From Phoronis australis (lineage: Eukaryota > Animalia > Phoronida), in contig NMRA01000106.1 of NCBI GenBank assembly GCA_002633005.1, forward strand, positions 849,655 to 913,654: a stretch of DNA of 64,000 bases, in the 5' to 3' direction. This document shows, in pieces, positions 1-45,050 of the stretch. Both the position numbers and the translations under genes were made by a program. Numbering within the stretch: position 1 is the stretch's first letter; each line of letters opens with the position of its first letter. The notes below the pieces were generated by a model, which saw only the letters and a program-made list of their open reading frames with translations, was not told where the DNA came from and did no database searches.

Positions 1-33
1 AATAATGTTTTGTGATTGGTTTATTTTCTTCAG

Positions 34-3000
34 TCTGTGTTACGAGAGGAAATTAAAGAGAAATTCAAGTATGAAGTGGATCGTTCATCGCCTAGCAACA
101 AGATACGAGAGTTCATGGATTGGTCGCGGGACATTATGAAGGACATTAAGATACAAAAGAAAATTTTATCGTATCGTCTTGCAAAATTCTTTGTCAGGCA
201 GTGGTAAGTATTATCCTAATCTAGAAGTCCACTTTTATTTAAGGAAATTTTGAGATGCACTTATTAAGTCTTTTGTACTTTTTGTCAAGTAGTGACATGT
301 TATACACATCAACTTCTTTATCTTAAGTATCTCTCACAACAGCTCAAACCAAGTAAACCTTCTTTGTGATGCAGTAAAAAGACTGAATATCAGATATCTT
401 TAGTGTGATTGGCTACTCTCATCTTACAATGCAATAAACATAAAACTTGTCAGCAGCATTTCGTGTGAGAGTAAAGTGGGTTCTTACATCCAAAATTATT
501 TATTTCATGACTCACAACAATCTAAAATGTGCATTCTTGGAGAGTTTCAAATCAGTTCCTAAATCTAAAAACTTATTTCACATCCACGCCTGTCAAAAAA
601 TGCTGTTTAACAGGTCATGAAAAACCTTCATCTCCTCTAGAATATCGTCATACAGGGATTGTGGGTGTCAAAGTTTGCTGTCAATCATTTGAGAGTTGTT
701 GTTTTCATGAAAGTTATGTTATTGTGTGGCGGGACATGCTGTCGCTTCTTAGCCTGAGTCACTATTCGTATTCTGTTTTCCGTTTTGACGTCTACTTTAA
801 GCTATTTGTTCGCTAGTCATTGATAGACAAATGCCCATGTAGGTTCTCTGGAAACCATGTGGCTTACGTCACTCTATTATCAGAGTTTGTGAAGTGTGGC
901 TGTATCATTGATAACAATATATAGTCTTATTATTTACTGATGGCTCATGTACCTGTGACAGTTTCAATGTGGGTTGTTGGCATGATGTCAGTATTGTACC
1001 GTTTAACAATTATGACACATGCATGGAAGAATCGAGCAACTTACTTTGAAGAAATTACAGTCTTTTGATTGAAGGACAGTGTTTGTTGACATTTTAAGAT
1101 CGATCATAAAAGACGTCCACTTCCTGTGTATTTCAGGTATATGTTTAACTTCCTGATGATCCTTCTCAGCATCGTCATTGCCATCACGATCGTCGCTGGA
1201 GTTCGGCAACCTGTCTACAATAATGGAACTATTAACTATGAAGTGTGAGTGGAAACCAGTTGAGCAGAAATTGTCTAAAACTCATTGTCTTACTTACTTA
1301 CATTTCATTAATTAAAAAATTTCATTTTTCGCAAAAATATCTTAAGTTAAGTATTCAGTTTTGCTTATGCAAAAGTTGAGTACAGCAAGATTTTTGTAAA
1401 AGTTTCACTTCTGTGTCTTTCGATGATTATGGTTGGCTACCTGAAATACTTGACAACGAATTTAAACAACTTGATTACATGATGCTGACGTGTATTGCTT
1501 AAATTTACCTTTTATCTGTTTTTAGTGCCACAGCACCTGTTTTTGCATGGACAGATCTACCCATCTTGCAGTACTGTTTGTTTGGACTGCACAATCTTCT
1601 GTCCTTCTTCATTCTGATTGGCTACTTCTTGTCCAATACGCCGAGCCCACCTAACTTTAAGGCCATCGGTGAATGGTTCAGGCAAGTACTCGGATACCAT
1701 TGGTGGAAATGAGATTTGCTGAAATTTCCTCTTTTTCTTCTTCAGTCTTAGATCTTTATTGAGATTGGGTGTCTTCATGGTGATTGGTCATAAGAGTTTT
1801 AGGTCAAAGGTCAAGATTGCTTAGCTTCTTGGTTGGAATTGTGGGAAATTTTGTGCTCTACAATGGATATGATGTGCCACGTCGAGTGCAGAACATAAAT
1901 TGTACGAGCCATTTTCACTGAATGCGTAATCAATCGAAACTTTGAAAACATTAACCCATTTCCTTTCGTTGATTATAGAAACTGCATGATTTAATGTGTT
2001 ACATGTAGATAAACCAATGATAGAATTATACTGTATGAGCTTTCACTTACAAGCCATGGTAGCCTCAAAGTAACAATGACTTCTTATGTTTTACAGAAAA
2101 AAATGTGGACCCAGCCGATCCCAAGGTGGGGCTAGTACAGACCAGGATGAAGTGGAACGCGAATCAAACTTACAAGTGAAGATCATCAGCTTCAAAACTT
2201 TCTATTATGTGGTAAGTGTTGTGTTGTGAATATTGCCCTGATCAGGTCCAGTTATTTTAATAATTAACAGATAGGACATGTGTTAATGGCGTCCATTCTC
2301 AAATCCCGATCTAATCGTCATGCAGATGAGGCGACTGCAGTGGAGGAGGAGGTTTACTGACTGACCTCTGCTCAGGTAGTACAGTCTTATTGGACGAAGA
2401 CTTTACAGACTGGTTTATCTTTTCTGTTTTCTTTCCAGGCAATTTTTGTTCTGTCCATCACTGGCACGATATGGTATGGTTACACTTTTGCCTTTCATCT
2501 CCTCCATTTAGCTGATAATAATCAGCTGCTTAGTCGGGTCATCAAAGCCATCACCAAGAATGGTATGTTTGTTTAATTCTAATTGAACATTTAAAGCAAG
2601 GTGCCATTATTTTTGAGTGATTGAAATTATTTGGTTGAAAATCTGTCTTTTTTGAAATCTGTTGTAAGTTGGTATAATTGGTGAACTTAAGAGAGAATAA
2701 TACAGCTTCTGTTCATTAAATGGTATTTAATCGTGTTTGGTAGTACTTTAAGCTTATGGTTAATTTTTTATCTGTAAGTAATGCAATTTTGTCAGATATT
2801 CAGTGGTGAACTGTGATGACATGCGGAGATTCAATTTCCATTTATTGAGTTTCTGGTATTTGTGCCTTGAATTGGGTTAGAAGACTTTGGCTTTGTCTTA
2901 AACTAACTCGCATAACTCATGAACATTGCAATTTTACTTTCTTCTTAGTGTTAATTGGATATCAAAACCGCAGCACGAGGCGCAATTGTGTTGGGCAGAT

Positions 3001-6000
3001 GCTTAAATTGTAAGATAAACTTTTGTGAGAATTATGAAGCTGGCAGTTCATGTGCTGTATTCTTTAATATTGCGTATTGGCAGCTATGTATTTCTTCCAA
3101 AGTATGTCAAAACACTTAGACCTATGGTTATATTTTCCTTCATTCTCAATGTCATTTGTAGGTTGGTCGCTCATTTGGGTTGGTGTTCTCATCCTCATCG
3201 TCCTTTATGTCTTCGCTCTGCTCAGTTTTGTCTTCTTCCGTGATCTGTATGTGTCCTCTAAAGGACTGTACTGCGAGACAATGTATCAATGTTATCTGAC
3301 TGTTGTACACCGCGGATTCATCATGGGGCCATTTGAGGTAAACCACAATCAAGTTAATAATGGAATTGTCTAAGATTAAACAACGTCACTGTATGACAAT
3401 ATTTCAATGATGTTAGTTATTGTTATAGTTATTCTTCTTACCTGATGGTTGATGTATTTTACCTCGACTTTAGAATTTCTGCATTGACCTTAGTCGTATT
3501 CTATTCTATATTCGTTGTTCTTGATAAATGTTTTATTGCAGTAGCCCATATGCCTTCTTGTTGAATATTCAGGCACTTCTAATGTAACTTTCATGTTATG
3601 TAATCTTTCTCTCCATCTTCTGTTCTAGTACTTCTCGGAAATCGAGGACGGCAAATCATTTGAGTGGCATGCACTCAAGGCTCTGTTTGATTTGGCCTTC
3701 TTTATCGTCATCACAACTATTGGTCTGAATGTCATCTTTGGTATCATTGTCGACACATTCTCTGAATTGAGAGACAGCAAGGTATTTATATTTGTTTAGG
3801 GTTAAATATGCTTTCTTTGAGAACCAGATATTCTCTAATCAGAAACAAATCAGGCTCACATAGTATACAGAGTAGAGGGTTGAAGAACTTTGGCCTCTTG
3901 AAGTTGATTTTTATTAGAATGACTTAAAACATTTGACAAGTGTTGAGGACATTAAATTCTGTGACATCATTATTAATGGTGTATTATTGCCTCGAACATA
4001 AACTATTCTGTTATTTTGTGCTGAATCAAGCATCACTTGTATCAGTTTTTACACAGTGTCAGAGAGGTATTTTATTTGTTATTCATAAAATGTTTGATTT
4101 ATTGATTTGCAATGAAAACAAATCAGATCTGTAGATATACAAAAACATCTCATGATAAGGCAATTGCCTTTTAGTGTGATCACTTACGAGTTGGAGGACC
4201 TTATATTACATAACATTTACCAGAGTAAAAATCGCCAGACTCCATGCTGTAACTGAGGGTTGTCTTGTTTTTACAGTGGCAGACGGACCAGGACATGGCT
4301 AACGTCTGCTTCATCTGTAGCAGAAGTAGCTATGACTTTGAACACCATGGAGAGGTGAGACCACAAGATTAATTGTATGAATATGTAAATTTGACAAGAT
4401 TAATTGTTATACAGAAACGTTTAAATGGACTCATTTAATTCAATTCCCACCAGTCATGACTGATCCCTACTCAAATTGATTACCTAAGTTGTTTCAGCAT
4501 ATTGTGGCAGAACAATAGAATAGATATCGATTAAAAACTGGTGCTAAACTCAAAAGTAAGTTGTGCATTGTAAGTTGAAAATAATCGTGAATTTTAGTTA
4601 AACTCTTATATAATGTTTCAATAGTTAATCTTCCTTGTTACACATGAGGTCTTCTGCCACAACACACTACTTGACAATACAAAGATTATGTATCTTCTTT
4701 TATCAGAAACTGGCAAGAACTTATCTAGATCTTTAAACTTCGTTTCAGTTCAAATTAGAGAAAATATGATTTTTGTGATCATTGATGTGTAACACTTGTT
4801 CACACGACATTATTATCCAGGGGTTTGAGCACCATGTAAAGAATGAACATAACCAGTGGGCGTATCTGTTCTTCTTCATACATCTGTCTGAGACACGTTC
4901 CAATGACTACAGTGCTTTGGAGCTTCATGTGGCTAATCTGGTAAGAACACAGATTACTTTAAGTCACGCATGTGACAATACAGTGTAAGCCAGAAGTATT
5001 CAGACAAAATGACTAGCAATTCCCCGACATAATGGACAGTTGAAAGCAAATTCATCGTTATAGTCTACACTCATGACTGAGAATGAAGGGGAAATAACGG
5101 AAAAGTTAGTAAGGTGGCTAAGCTATTCTGTCATTAGTATTTTGCCGTCCTAATTGGTATTACCAGTAGTTTTTGGCGTCACCAGAATTAGCCATCATGA
5201 CGGTAAAATGGTATTTTGTCTGATTACTTTTGTCCTGTACTGTAGTTCAAGCTGAAGTTGTAAACTTCATCATATGTAATTAGGAACAATAACTTGCTGT
5301 ATTTAAAAACCTTAACAAAATGGTTTCAGAGGTGGTGCTGTATCGAGCTTGAATAGTAAACATATTATCAAAATTGACCTATGTTGAGGAACGTTTTTAT
5401 TATGTTTTTATTTGTTTAATTTAATTGTTTAAATTTAGAGTGCAACAACTTACTGTTTAACCCTACATTTCCTGATAGCAGACAAACATAGACAGTGTAT
5501 AATGCAGCTTTAACTGACAAATTAAATTTAACTTGTTAAATGCATTTATCGTCATTATTTTGACNTCGCTAGGTCAGTTACTGTATCTATGTTCAGTAGA
5601 GAGTAGAGTTTTGTTCAGAAAGTATGAACGCAACGGAATAAAGACCGTGAACAATGAAAAGTGTCGTGCATTCAACAAATTCTGTATAACAGAAAACTTG
5701 CTCCCGAAGTACAGTCTGTATTTAAAAACCATAACAAAATGGTTTCAGAGGTGGTGCTGTATCCAGCTTGAATAGTAAACATACTATCAAAATTGACCTA
5801 TGTTGAGGAACGTTTTTTATTTCAAACTTGTTACGTTTTTATTTGTTTAATTTATGTTATTTGTTTAAATTTAGAGTGCAATTGTTTAAGCCTACATTGC
5901 CTGATAAGTACAGATGAATATAGACAGTGTATAATACAGCTTTAGCTGACAAAAAACCTTAACATCATGTTTGTGAAGAAGACTTAAAGTATGTAGTAAT

Positions 6001-7225
6001 TGGGTGCACCTCTGGTTTTGTTTAGTAAAATAGTGTATTACTGGTTTCTTTTCATTTGGTTGTTATAAATGCAAAGCTTTGGATCAGCTACAAAATATCC
6101 ATTACGAGTCTAACGTATGGTAGAAGAACTTTTACTTGCAAATGAACTGTTCCATGTTACCAAAATCCTCTTGAAGACAATTAGCAATCTGTTGGTTTGA
6201 AACACTGTATCAAAATTGCTAGGATCCTTAAGCACATGCCCAGCCCAATGTTAATCAATCGTTAATTCTCATTTCAGCTGGAGAAGACAAATTATGATTT
6301 CTTCCCACTGAACCGAGCTCTGAGTCTGCAGCAGACAGAAGACTCCAAAGAGCTCAAGCTGGAGACGCTGATGTATCAAGTGTCATATCTGGTCAACAAA
6401 ATGAAGGAGGATGTACGTACATTTGCAGGCTTTTTGAAAGAAAACTGAAAAATGACCCCTGCCAAAAGTTTGAAAATTTTGATATTGTGAAATTAAACTT
6501 AAGTAATGTGTTATTGCTAGTAAATGATATTGATATGGTCTGACTACTTGGTATGGACATGAAAATGTTGCCTTCACGGTCTGATTGAAACACAACAGTT
6601 TTATTATGTTAACAAGAGTCATGTCAAGAAGTTTTTTGATAGCCACAGTATCTGTCAGTATTTGATTGGACTTTTATGGGGTTCTGTACTCCAGCTTAGA
6701 TGCATAGAATTATATGCTGTACAGCATTACTTATATTTTGCTTGACAACAGTCACTTAAAGGGTCCCTATTACTTTTATCTGTAATTATTTTGATTTGTG
6801 AAAAGCTACCATACACTGAGGATTAATTGAAGTTTTTATCACACAGTTTCCGTGTTCGTGCAGAATACGTTGGATTTTTATTCCATACCATAATTTTTTT
6901 TTAATAGTACATTAATTTACCCAGAAATTAATATTTGTTGGCTAAGGTTAGGTGGCCCCATATAAATATCCTTACAATATAAATAACAATACATAAAATT
7001 GTTTACTTAATGTTTTAGGAAGCTGCAAGACAGCAAGAGATTGAAATCAGACGACAACAAGAATGGCTGAGTCAGCATCAGGACATTGTAACAAAAGAGC
7101 AGTCAAAACAACAGAGGGAGTCTGTAAAGCCTTCGTCCAATGTGTTTAATAAGACTGTGCTACCTGAGCAGACATCAGTCAGTAAACCTCCTCCACCACA
7201 GTCGCCTCATCTGCATGACGATTAG
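34..7225 (+). CDS. 3' part of an inositol 1,4,5-trisphosphate receptor-like (ITPR/RyR superfamily) Ca2+-release channel; 5' part lies upstream of the window
   Basis: 11 phase-compatible exons: 34-203, 1137-1244, 1526-1681, 2097-2211, 2439-2562, 3162-3337, 3629-3781, 4277-4354, 4821-4940, 6278-6412, 7019-7225 (TAG). Hallmark motifs: RVIKAITKNGWSL, pore helix CETMYQCYLTVVHRG, S6 GLNVIFGIIVDTFSELR, Zn site CFIC...FEHHVKNEHNQWAYLFF, DFFPLNRALSL. Confidence 0.9.
4981..5242. mobile_element. MITE, Tc1/mariner-like (TA|CAGT...ACTG|TA)
   Basis: About 30-bp imperfect TIRs (CAGTGTAAGCCAGAAGTATTCAGACAAAAT / ATTTTGTCTGATTACTTTTGTCCTGTACTG) with TA on both sides; related copy at 53337-53569. Confidence 0.7.
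5297..5952. repeat. About 230-bp intronic segment present twice (5297-5521, 5716-5952) around the single N at 5565; probable uncollapsed haplotypes
   Basis: Near-identical copies starting CTGTATTTAAAAACC on either side of a lone N. Confidence 0.65.
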
Positions 7226-8842
7226 ATCGGGGTTTGAGAATGGACGTTGTTAAAATAAACTGACGACCAATCAAGTAGTAATCTAGGATTACTGCTGTAA
7301 ATCATTCGAAGGGAACAGAAAAATGTCCGCGTGTTGGGATCAGTGAAGTTCGGTCCTATTTTAAAATAATTTTAATTTATGCCAGGTAGTATGGTGACCG
7401 TGTGTTTGTTCTGAAAAGGGATGGTGCCAGTGATGGGAGGTGACAGTTTTTCTCTTCATCTTCTTCAGGAATTGTGAAGTCGCGTTTGAATTTTCTGTTT
7501 ATACTGTACATTATTATCACTTACCGTAGCACCTCACTTTGGCATGAGCAAGTTGTGAATTCTGTGATATGTATATATTTTTTTATATTTCGCTTTTATG
7601 ATGATTATTAAGAGCTAGCAATTTTAATTAAATAATGTACTTAAGCCTGGTGCATTGGTTTTAACTTCAGTTTGTAGCCAAGTCACGATTGTGATTAAGT
7701 GATGAAGGGTCTCCATAGGAGACTTCCATTGCAAGTCTGTATCTGATTGGTTCTCCAGGTCAACTTCTGGCTTACAGACCAGTCATGTCGTGGCTTGTTG
7801 AGCTGTTGGAACAGGCAAATTGAATCAAGTGCAACCCTCATTGTTCTTTGATATGATTGTGTGTAGCAAAGCAATACATGTTGTTTTATTAGCATTTCTA
7901 ACATACTAAATGTTAGGATTGTGTGCTAACGTTGTATTTTTTTTGAGAAGTTAAACAACTGTAATTTATAACATATTTATACTGATTTTTTTTAATTCTA
8001 TCTTATTTACGTCAAATTGTACAAATGCTGTTGAGAAATTTTTTAAAATGTTTTGCTCAATTGGTCAAGACATGTAGTTTCCATTCAATCCCATAAGGAT
8101 GTGTTGTTACTTTGTTTTGGCTCATTTTGCCAAAATGTGCATGAATTCCAATCAAGTTAACTATTTATTGCACAACTGTTTCTATTTTAATTTTATGTTT
8201 CTGAAGCATTCCACTATTTGTATGGAAATTGTTGCTGTATAATTGCTTATTTTGCATTATGAGGAATTACTGGTTGTAAAAACTTCTCAGTTTCTTTTCC
8301 TGAAATATATGTTGAACTACAAAGAGGTCTTGTCAACTTAACTACGTTTTTCTAGATTGACTTAACAATAATTCCCTGTTTTGGTATGGTTTGATTTTTA
8401 ACAGACAAGTCCCAACCTTGTTAATTGGGATAATGAAAAACTTATAAGTGCCAACGCAAAAAGAAATAAGGAACATTTTTTTCAGAATTAAAAACTAAGC
8501 TGGACTGAATATCAGCAAAGAGTTAGTCGCACCAGAGAGGAAAGCTGTTGATCTGTCTTCCATCATAATTTATTGGAACTGGAATGCATACAATAAAACA
8601 ATCAAAAATAACGGTTATGTAGTGAATTGCATTTCACTAACAGAGAGATTCATATCTGGTGGGACACACTAACAGCAGTTAAACAACAGAGTGGGATCCA
8701 TTGATTTAAAGATATAAATGTCGAGAACATTACTATTCAGCAGATGGCAAACAATAGACGTCCTATATGGCAAAGCTTGAATTCTGAACGTAAATCTCCA
8801 GAAAATTAAATTCATGCTTTCAAACACGAATCAGAATTAGTT

Positions 8843-9049
8843 GGCAGAATAACAATACTGACTTTACTGTTCAGGACTTCAGCATTCACTCTGTGCAGAA
8901 AGAAGATTCACTGGTTGGGTTAGCCATGTGTTTGCTACCTGAGTAAGGCAGAATAACAATACTGACTTTACTGTTCAGGACTTCAGCATTCACTCTGTGC
9001 AGAAAGAAGATTCACTGGTTGGGTTAGCCATGTGTTTGCCACCTGAGTA
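8843..9049. repeat. Tandem duplication, about 104 bp x2
   Basis: GGCAGAATAACAATACTG...ACCTGAGTA repeated back to back with one visible mismatch. Confidence 0.9.
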
Positions 9050-10335
9050 TACATTTCTGTCGTCAGCTTATGGCTTATAGAATAATTATACTTTACTTTG
9101 GAAGGACACAAAATACACTACTTAATTTCCAAATATCAAAATTTCTATATTTTCTCATGAGCCTAGGTCATCTTTCACATTAACTGATGCCTGACATGAG
9201 ATCAGCTTGCCACCAATTAGAATGTTCATCAATAATAAAGCTACTAATACCAAATGGAAAAATCGTGTTTCTAGCAATAAATGGCACATCTCACCCTTCC
9301 GGTATCTCTGCAAACTAGAAGTCTTTTCCCAAGAAAACTAAAGATTACAATAAATAACAGTTATTTCGGGGAAATGGGTGAAAAAATGCATTACATTGAC
9401 TTCCTAAAACATACAGTCTAAAATAAAAACACCTTGCATGTCAATACTAACGCAAGAAGTTAGTTAAAATAGATGCAATTTGTATTACACCTTCATCAAA
9501 AATACTAGCAAACAGTGGACAATGCACACAGTGCAACACTGCTATGTAATCACATAAACTACCTAAATATTTTACAATTTACATTGTGCAAAATTGCATC
9601 ATAAAATTTACATAGAAATTACAGAAATTAATCTTAAAGGCATAATTAAAATCATTCCAAATGATGATTGATTGAGAGCCATCTCAAAGTTTTTTTAAAA
9701 CCTTTTAAGCCATAAAGCGTTGATAAACCCCCTTCAGTCGCAAAATAATTTGACACTTACACTTACACTTACGAAATTGTTCTACACTTTTTTCTTACTC
9801 AGAGATTTCTAGGCTTCCTTCAAACAAACTGGCATGCCACTGTGAGTCATTTTAGACGCTGAGCACAGCCTTACGCAATAACACAGTCCATTTTTCATCT
9901 AAGTAAGGTACAAATTAAGGCTAGAGTTTCATAGAAGCAAGAATACTGCTAAGGAATCTAGTGTGACCACACACTTTGCTTGCAATACACAGCGAAGTCC
10001 TGTGAGTTCTTGCTTTTCGTGCAATAAACCAGATCTATGGAACACAGGTCAGTTTTACAGCAGCAGGTGGTCTAAGTTTGGTTCTTTGATGGAACGCAGG
10101 CTTAAAGTAGCTTTAAATGTGTGTAAAAGAATGTCAAAGAGTACACAGGAATCTAAGGTCTTATCAAAACTAGGACAAAACTAAACTTGGCAAATCAACA
10201 GACATATACATGTACAAATACGATAACACAAAATCATGTACAAAAGAAAGGAAATATTATCATGATACACTGAAATGAGTCATTTATAACAAGAGGATGT
10301 CATTTTTGACAACGGTGACGATGCACGGGCCGTGC

Positions 10336-23159
<12,824 letters not shown>

Positions 23160-25869
23160 GTCTGGACTATAGGCACGCTCTGAAGTTTCACCCACACAAG
23201 ATGTCTGAGGAAGAAATTAAAATGAGACTTTGTTGATGAGCTTGTACACAAGTCTGGGAAAGTGTGATCAATAATAACTCATCAGACTACGAAACACGGA
23301 TGAGGAAGCACAAGACAAGTCATGTGACAGATATCACAAAATAAAATCAACGGCTCAGCTTCAACTAACTAGAAAAGCTTGACTTGAATGAGGATATTAG
23401 TTAAGACAGAAGTAGAGGTTCAGAGTGTCGCTATTGTTTGGGCAAAATGATGTCATGTTTTCAAGCTAACCACCTCCATTGCGTCGGAATTATGGCAACC
23501 CAAGCAGAAAGAGGCATATGAACCTTTTTGGCAGCAAAATTAAAAATTGTAAAGAGACCCAAGGCATTGACAGCATTCAAAAGTTTCAACCATGGTGTTT
23601 GGCCAAAACAATTCAATTAAAATTCTTAGTAAAATAATTTTAATAAAACATCTTTACTTTTATACAAAAATACCTGGTTGCTAAAATTTTCAAAGCTTTA
23701 CTGTGAGAGATCAAATTTTTGCTACATGATAGCTGGAGGCAATTACATACTTAGGAACGCTGGAGTAAAATTTTTATTAAAAAGAAGAAATGAAATTGAA
23801 CTTTTCTATCATATCGTGTCCAAATCAGAACAATTATTATCCGTACTTCCATTTTGATGATTATTCTGTGGAGAACGAAAAATGCTAAGCCAGGTACAAC
23901 GAGGTTTGAATTCATTTAATTTTGGTGCATTTACATTTACGACACATTTTAATGTAAAATATGTTTTTTCCTAGCCAGAGTGCCTACATCAGCAAACTTC
24001 AACAAACTTAAAGACTACTGCACCTGTGGAACACACTTGTACATATAACTTGCAAATAAATTATACTGAAGTTGGATTGAATGCCTTGAATATGCCAGAA
24101 AATGACAAATTAGACACAAAATGTATCATATTTGCACCTGCCTGAAGTTGATTTTTGACTGGGATGATATAATATCTTGTATATTACCATCAACTGGGTA
24201 AGTAGCCATTTTTGCAGTGAGTGCATCACTGCGAATGTCTAATTGAATGCAATTTGAGTCATATCAAAGTCGACATTGGGAATTTGCCAAAAGCAAACAC
24301 TAGACACTGTCAAGATCATTAGTGCCTGACACTTGGCCAGCAGGATCAGTAATCTTGTACCCAGTATATTTTGAAATGGAAAACACAAGTAGAGAGTGAT
24401 TGATGCAAAAAAATGACGTTTATTAAATTGTTTTTCATTTTAACAGGCAAGGTGACTGTCGGTTGATTCCCAAACTTTGCATGCACCCCGTGGGTTGTGA
24501 GTTCTACATGTTGATTTTAGTTAAATTTAATGACGAGGTGATGATGCCCAGGCAGAATGTAATTTCATGATCAATACGAATTTTACATGCATCGGTTCCT
24601 AGCTCTATTTTGATGGTAGTCTTCATACAGCTGGCTGGCTACTATTCATGGTACTGGTATCCTAACCACCAACAGTATAGAAACAGGTTATCACATCAGG
24701 AGAATTTCAATTGGTCAAAGATGTAAAACTCCAGAGTGGGAGAACTTTCTAGAGTAGGAGAATTTGATTTCACATACTTGAAAAAAAAATATTAAATGTC
24801 ACAAAAGAATAGACTTGGTCACTGGTGAATTTTGGATAAATCAAACAATTTTTAAAAGCTCTAGGAGGTTTGCTGTTGCTTGGTTTGATTGTAATTGCTA
24901 TGTTGAATGTCATATACAAGAGGTGGTGATTTACAGTAGTCATGTTATTTTTAGGGAACTACTGTACATAGCCTGTAATAAGAATGCTCACCCAATCTAC
25001 TTTTTGACTGATAAAACAGAGTATACTAAACACGATGTATGGAAAAAGTTGCTGGTTAACTATAGCTGCCAAAACTGCATTTATTTCCATTTCAGGGGTT
25101 TGTCCTGGATGTGCAAGTTGTAAGCCACCTGTATAATATATATCACTGAAATATTGTTGCTTTCACAAGTTTTCAAAATTTAAGCAAAAATGGGTAATAT
25201 TTTCTGTGTTATTATTTGCGGAAATTGGACAAAAGACGTTTTGTTCCCAAGGCGGAGGTGGCCAGGAACCAGCTGCCTGGATGATGATCCATGTAAGAGG
25301 ACCAAACTGATCCAAGCCACATAATGTTACCTCATACAGCCTCGGACATTTTTAGGAAGATTAGAGTTGGAAGAACTCAAAGACTTAATAAAATTTTATG
25401 CAAAATGTTCTATGACCAGGTCTGGACACTTGGTGGCACTCATCTGGCTAGTGGTAAATAGTTCATCTGGCTAGTGGTAATGTTGACTCTAATTTTACTT
25501 TATGATACTTAACATCCTGTGCAATAACAAATCAAGATAGAACCATTCAAATCTGACATAAAAATGTAGATATTTGTGGAGAGCTTTAACAGAATGGTTT
25601 TTAAAAATGTGTCCTTGTGCTGCGAATGATGTAATTGATTTTGCCTCCATCAGTATGTTGGTGCAAAACAAGCACAGACAGGCAAAACCACATGGGACCC
25701 AATAGTTTATGTCAAGCACATCAACCCCACCATGCACAAAGGTGTCAGGCACCCAGAATCAGGGCAATTTTAAACATGTACAAACCTAACAGACAATGTT
25801 TTGCCATTATTAAGAAATTTATACTGAGAAACAAAGAATTTTACTTAGAATGGGTGTAGTATCTGTAAC

Positions 25870-26027
25870 CAGGGGCGGATCCAGGATTTTGAGTTAAGGG
25901 GGGCCACGACAGAGTAGTAGCCAAGATTTTGCCCATCAGACATTCGCACCCTCGAATTGCCAAAGGTAATCTGGGAGAATTTTAGGAGGAGCATGGCCCC
26001 CTTGGCCCCCTTCTAAATCCGCCACTG
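25870..26027. mobile_element. Non-autonomous DNA transposon (CAGGGGCGGATCC...TAAATCCGCCACTG)
   Basis: Imperfect TIRs plus inner GGGGGGCC/GGCCCCC; flanks GTAAC/GTGAC. A degenerate relative lies at about 26454-26696. Confidence 0.65.
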
Positions 26028-26857
26028 GTGACCACACATAGAGATCATCAGCGAGGAAAATAATGCATTGTCCCTTACAAGACATGTTCTAGAATTAATG
26101 TCCGCATCTCATGGTGGCCCTTGGGAATTCTGGGAAAGAAAAACAATGTCATAAAAAGCATCAAGAGATAAATATGAATCATTTCATTCGTGAAGATTTT
26201 TGCCTTAATTTTATTTTTTAACCCTTGACCTTATTTCCACAGTATCAATTAAAGTCTCCAGGTTCATCTATGGGACCTCAAGTTTTTATCATACTAAGCT
26301 TTGGGAACCTAAAAAATGAACTTGAGCTTTGTCTGTTCACTTAGCACACGACCATGATTCGAACACATCACTATGAAGTATGAAATAAATTTGGCACTTA
26401 GAAGGAAAATTACAAAATTTAGGAGAAGTATTAACAGGATCATCCTTTCACCTCAGTGGAAGATTTAGGGTATCATGAATGAAAGGGTTCAACAATTTTC
26501 ATTTTGTGAACTGTGTCCCTCCCCCCCTTAATACACACACAAAAGTACCCGCCGCCCACTACTTGACTACTAGTGTTAGTCGCAACTTAGCCGGTGCCAA
26601 AAGTTATTTTTGTGTTATTTCTACTATTTAATTTTGTCGGCTACCAACAGAGGAGAGGGAACGAGTGCCCTGAGCCCTCCCTAAATCAGCTGCTGACCAT
26701 TATTGATAACTACACTACAACACCACACTTAAGCACGGCACGGTTTTAGACAATTGTTGTCAATACTGAATCATGAATTGAGAGTTGTCATTTTTGACAT
26801 TTGTGGGCTTTCGTCTCTCGAAATTCCATGACGGGACATCGTTTACTGAAAACTTAC

Positions 26858-27290
26858 CTTTTCACATAATTTCACACTAATCGCACAATATATACACTAC
26901 AAGCAAAGGCAAGAGATTCACTATCTCATCAGATAACTGTTAAGCGTTTACAATTGATTTGTTGCGAAAGTCGTTGGATCTTTAAACAAAGCAACAGCGA
27001 CACCTTTCTTCCTGGTGAAAAACAAAACGAGAATCTCGTTTACTCTTGATTTTCCAGAAGCACCCCCCAAACATTCTCGGAGTATATAAAGGCACATTGG
27101 CGCCACCTATGGTTAATTCGTTTTCATTTGACCTGGAAGCGAGAACGAAGAAAATTAGGTAGAACGAATTTCTACATTTTCTTGTAAAAACCCTCCTTAA
27201 AGAAGTACTTCTTATGTTTTAAGCACTGTTTAGTACCTCAACACAACTTTTATGAGACTTTATTATGTTGAAGTTCATTTTTATTTCAGA
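26858..27290. promoter_or_regulatory. Candidate bidirectional promoter / 5'-UTR exons of POLR2A (+) and the EYS-like gene (-)
   Basis: Minus-strand donor AAG|GTAAGT at about 26858; TATATAAA at 27083-27090; plus-strand donor AG|GTAGAA at about 27158 and acceptor ATTTCAG at about 27289 upstream of the POLR2A ATG. Confidence 0.45.
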
Positions 27291-27397
27291 TTCTCGTCTT
27301 CTAAGTTGTGGCTAAAACACGTCACGGGGAAGTAGTCTGCCCGCGTTATGAAGTGCTGATCCAGCAGAATTGTGGTGCTCCATAAAACGATATCAGC

Positions 27398-45050
<17,653 letters not shown>

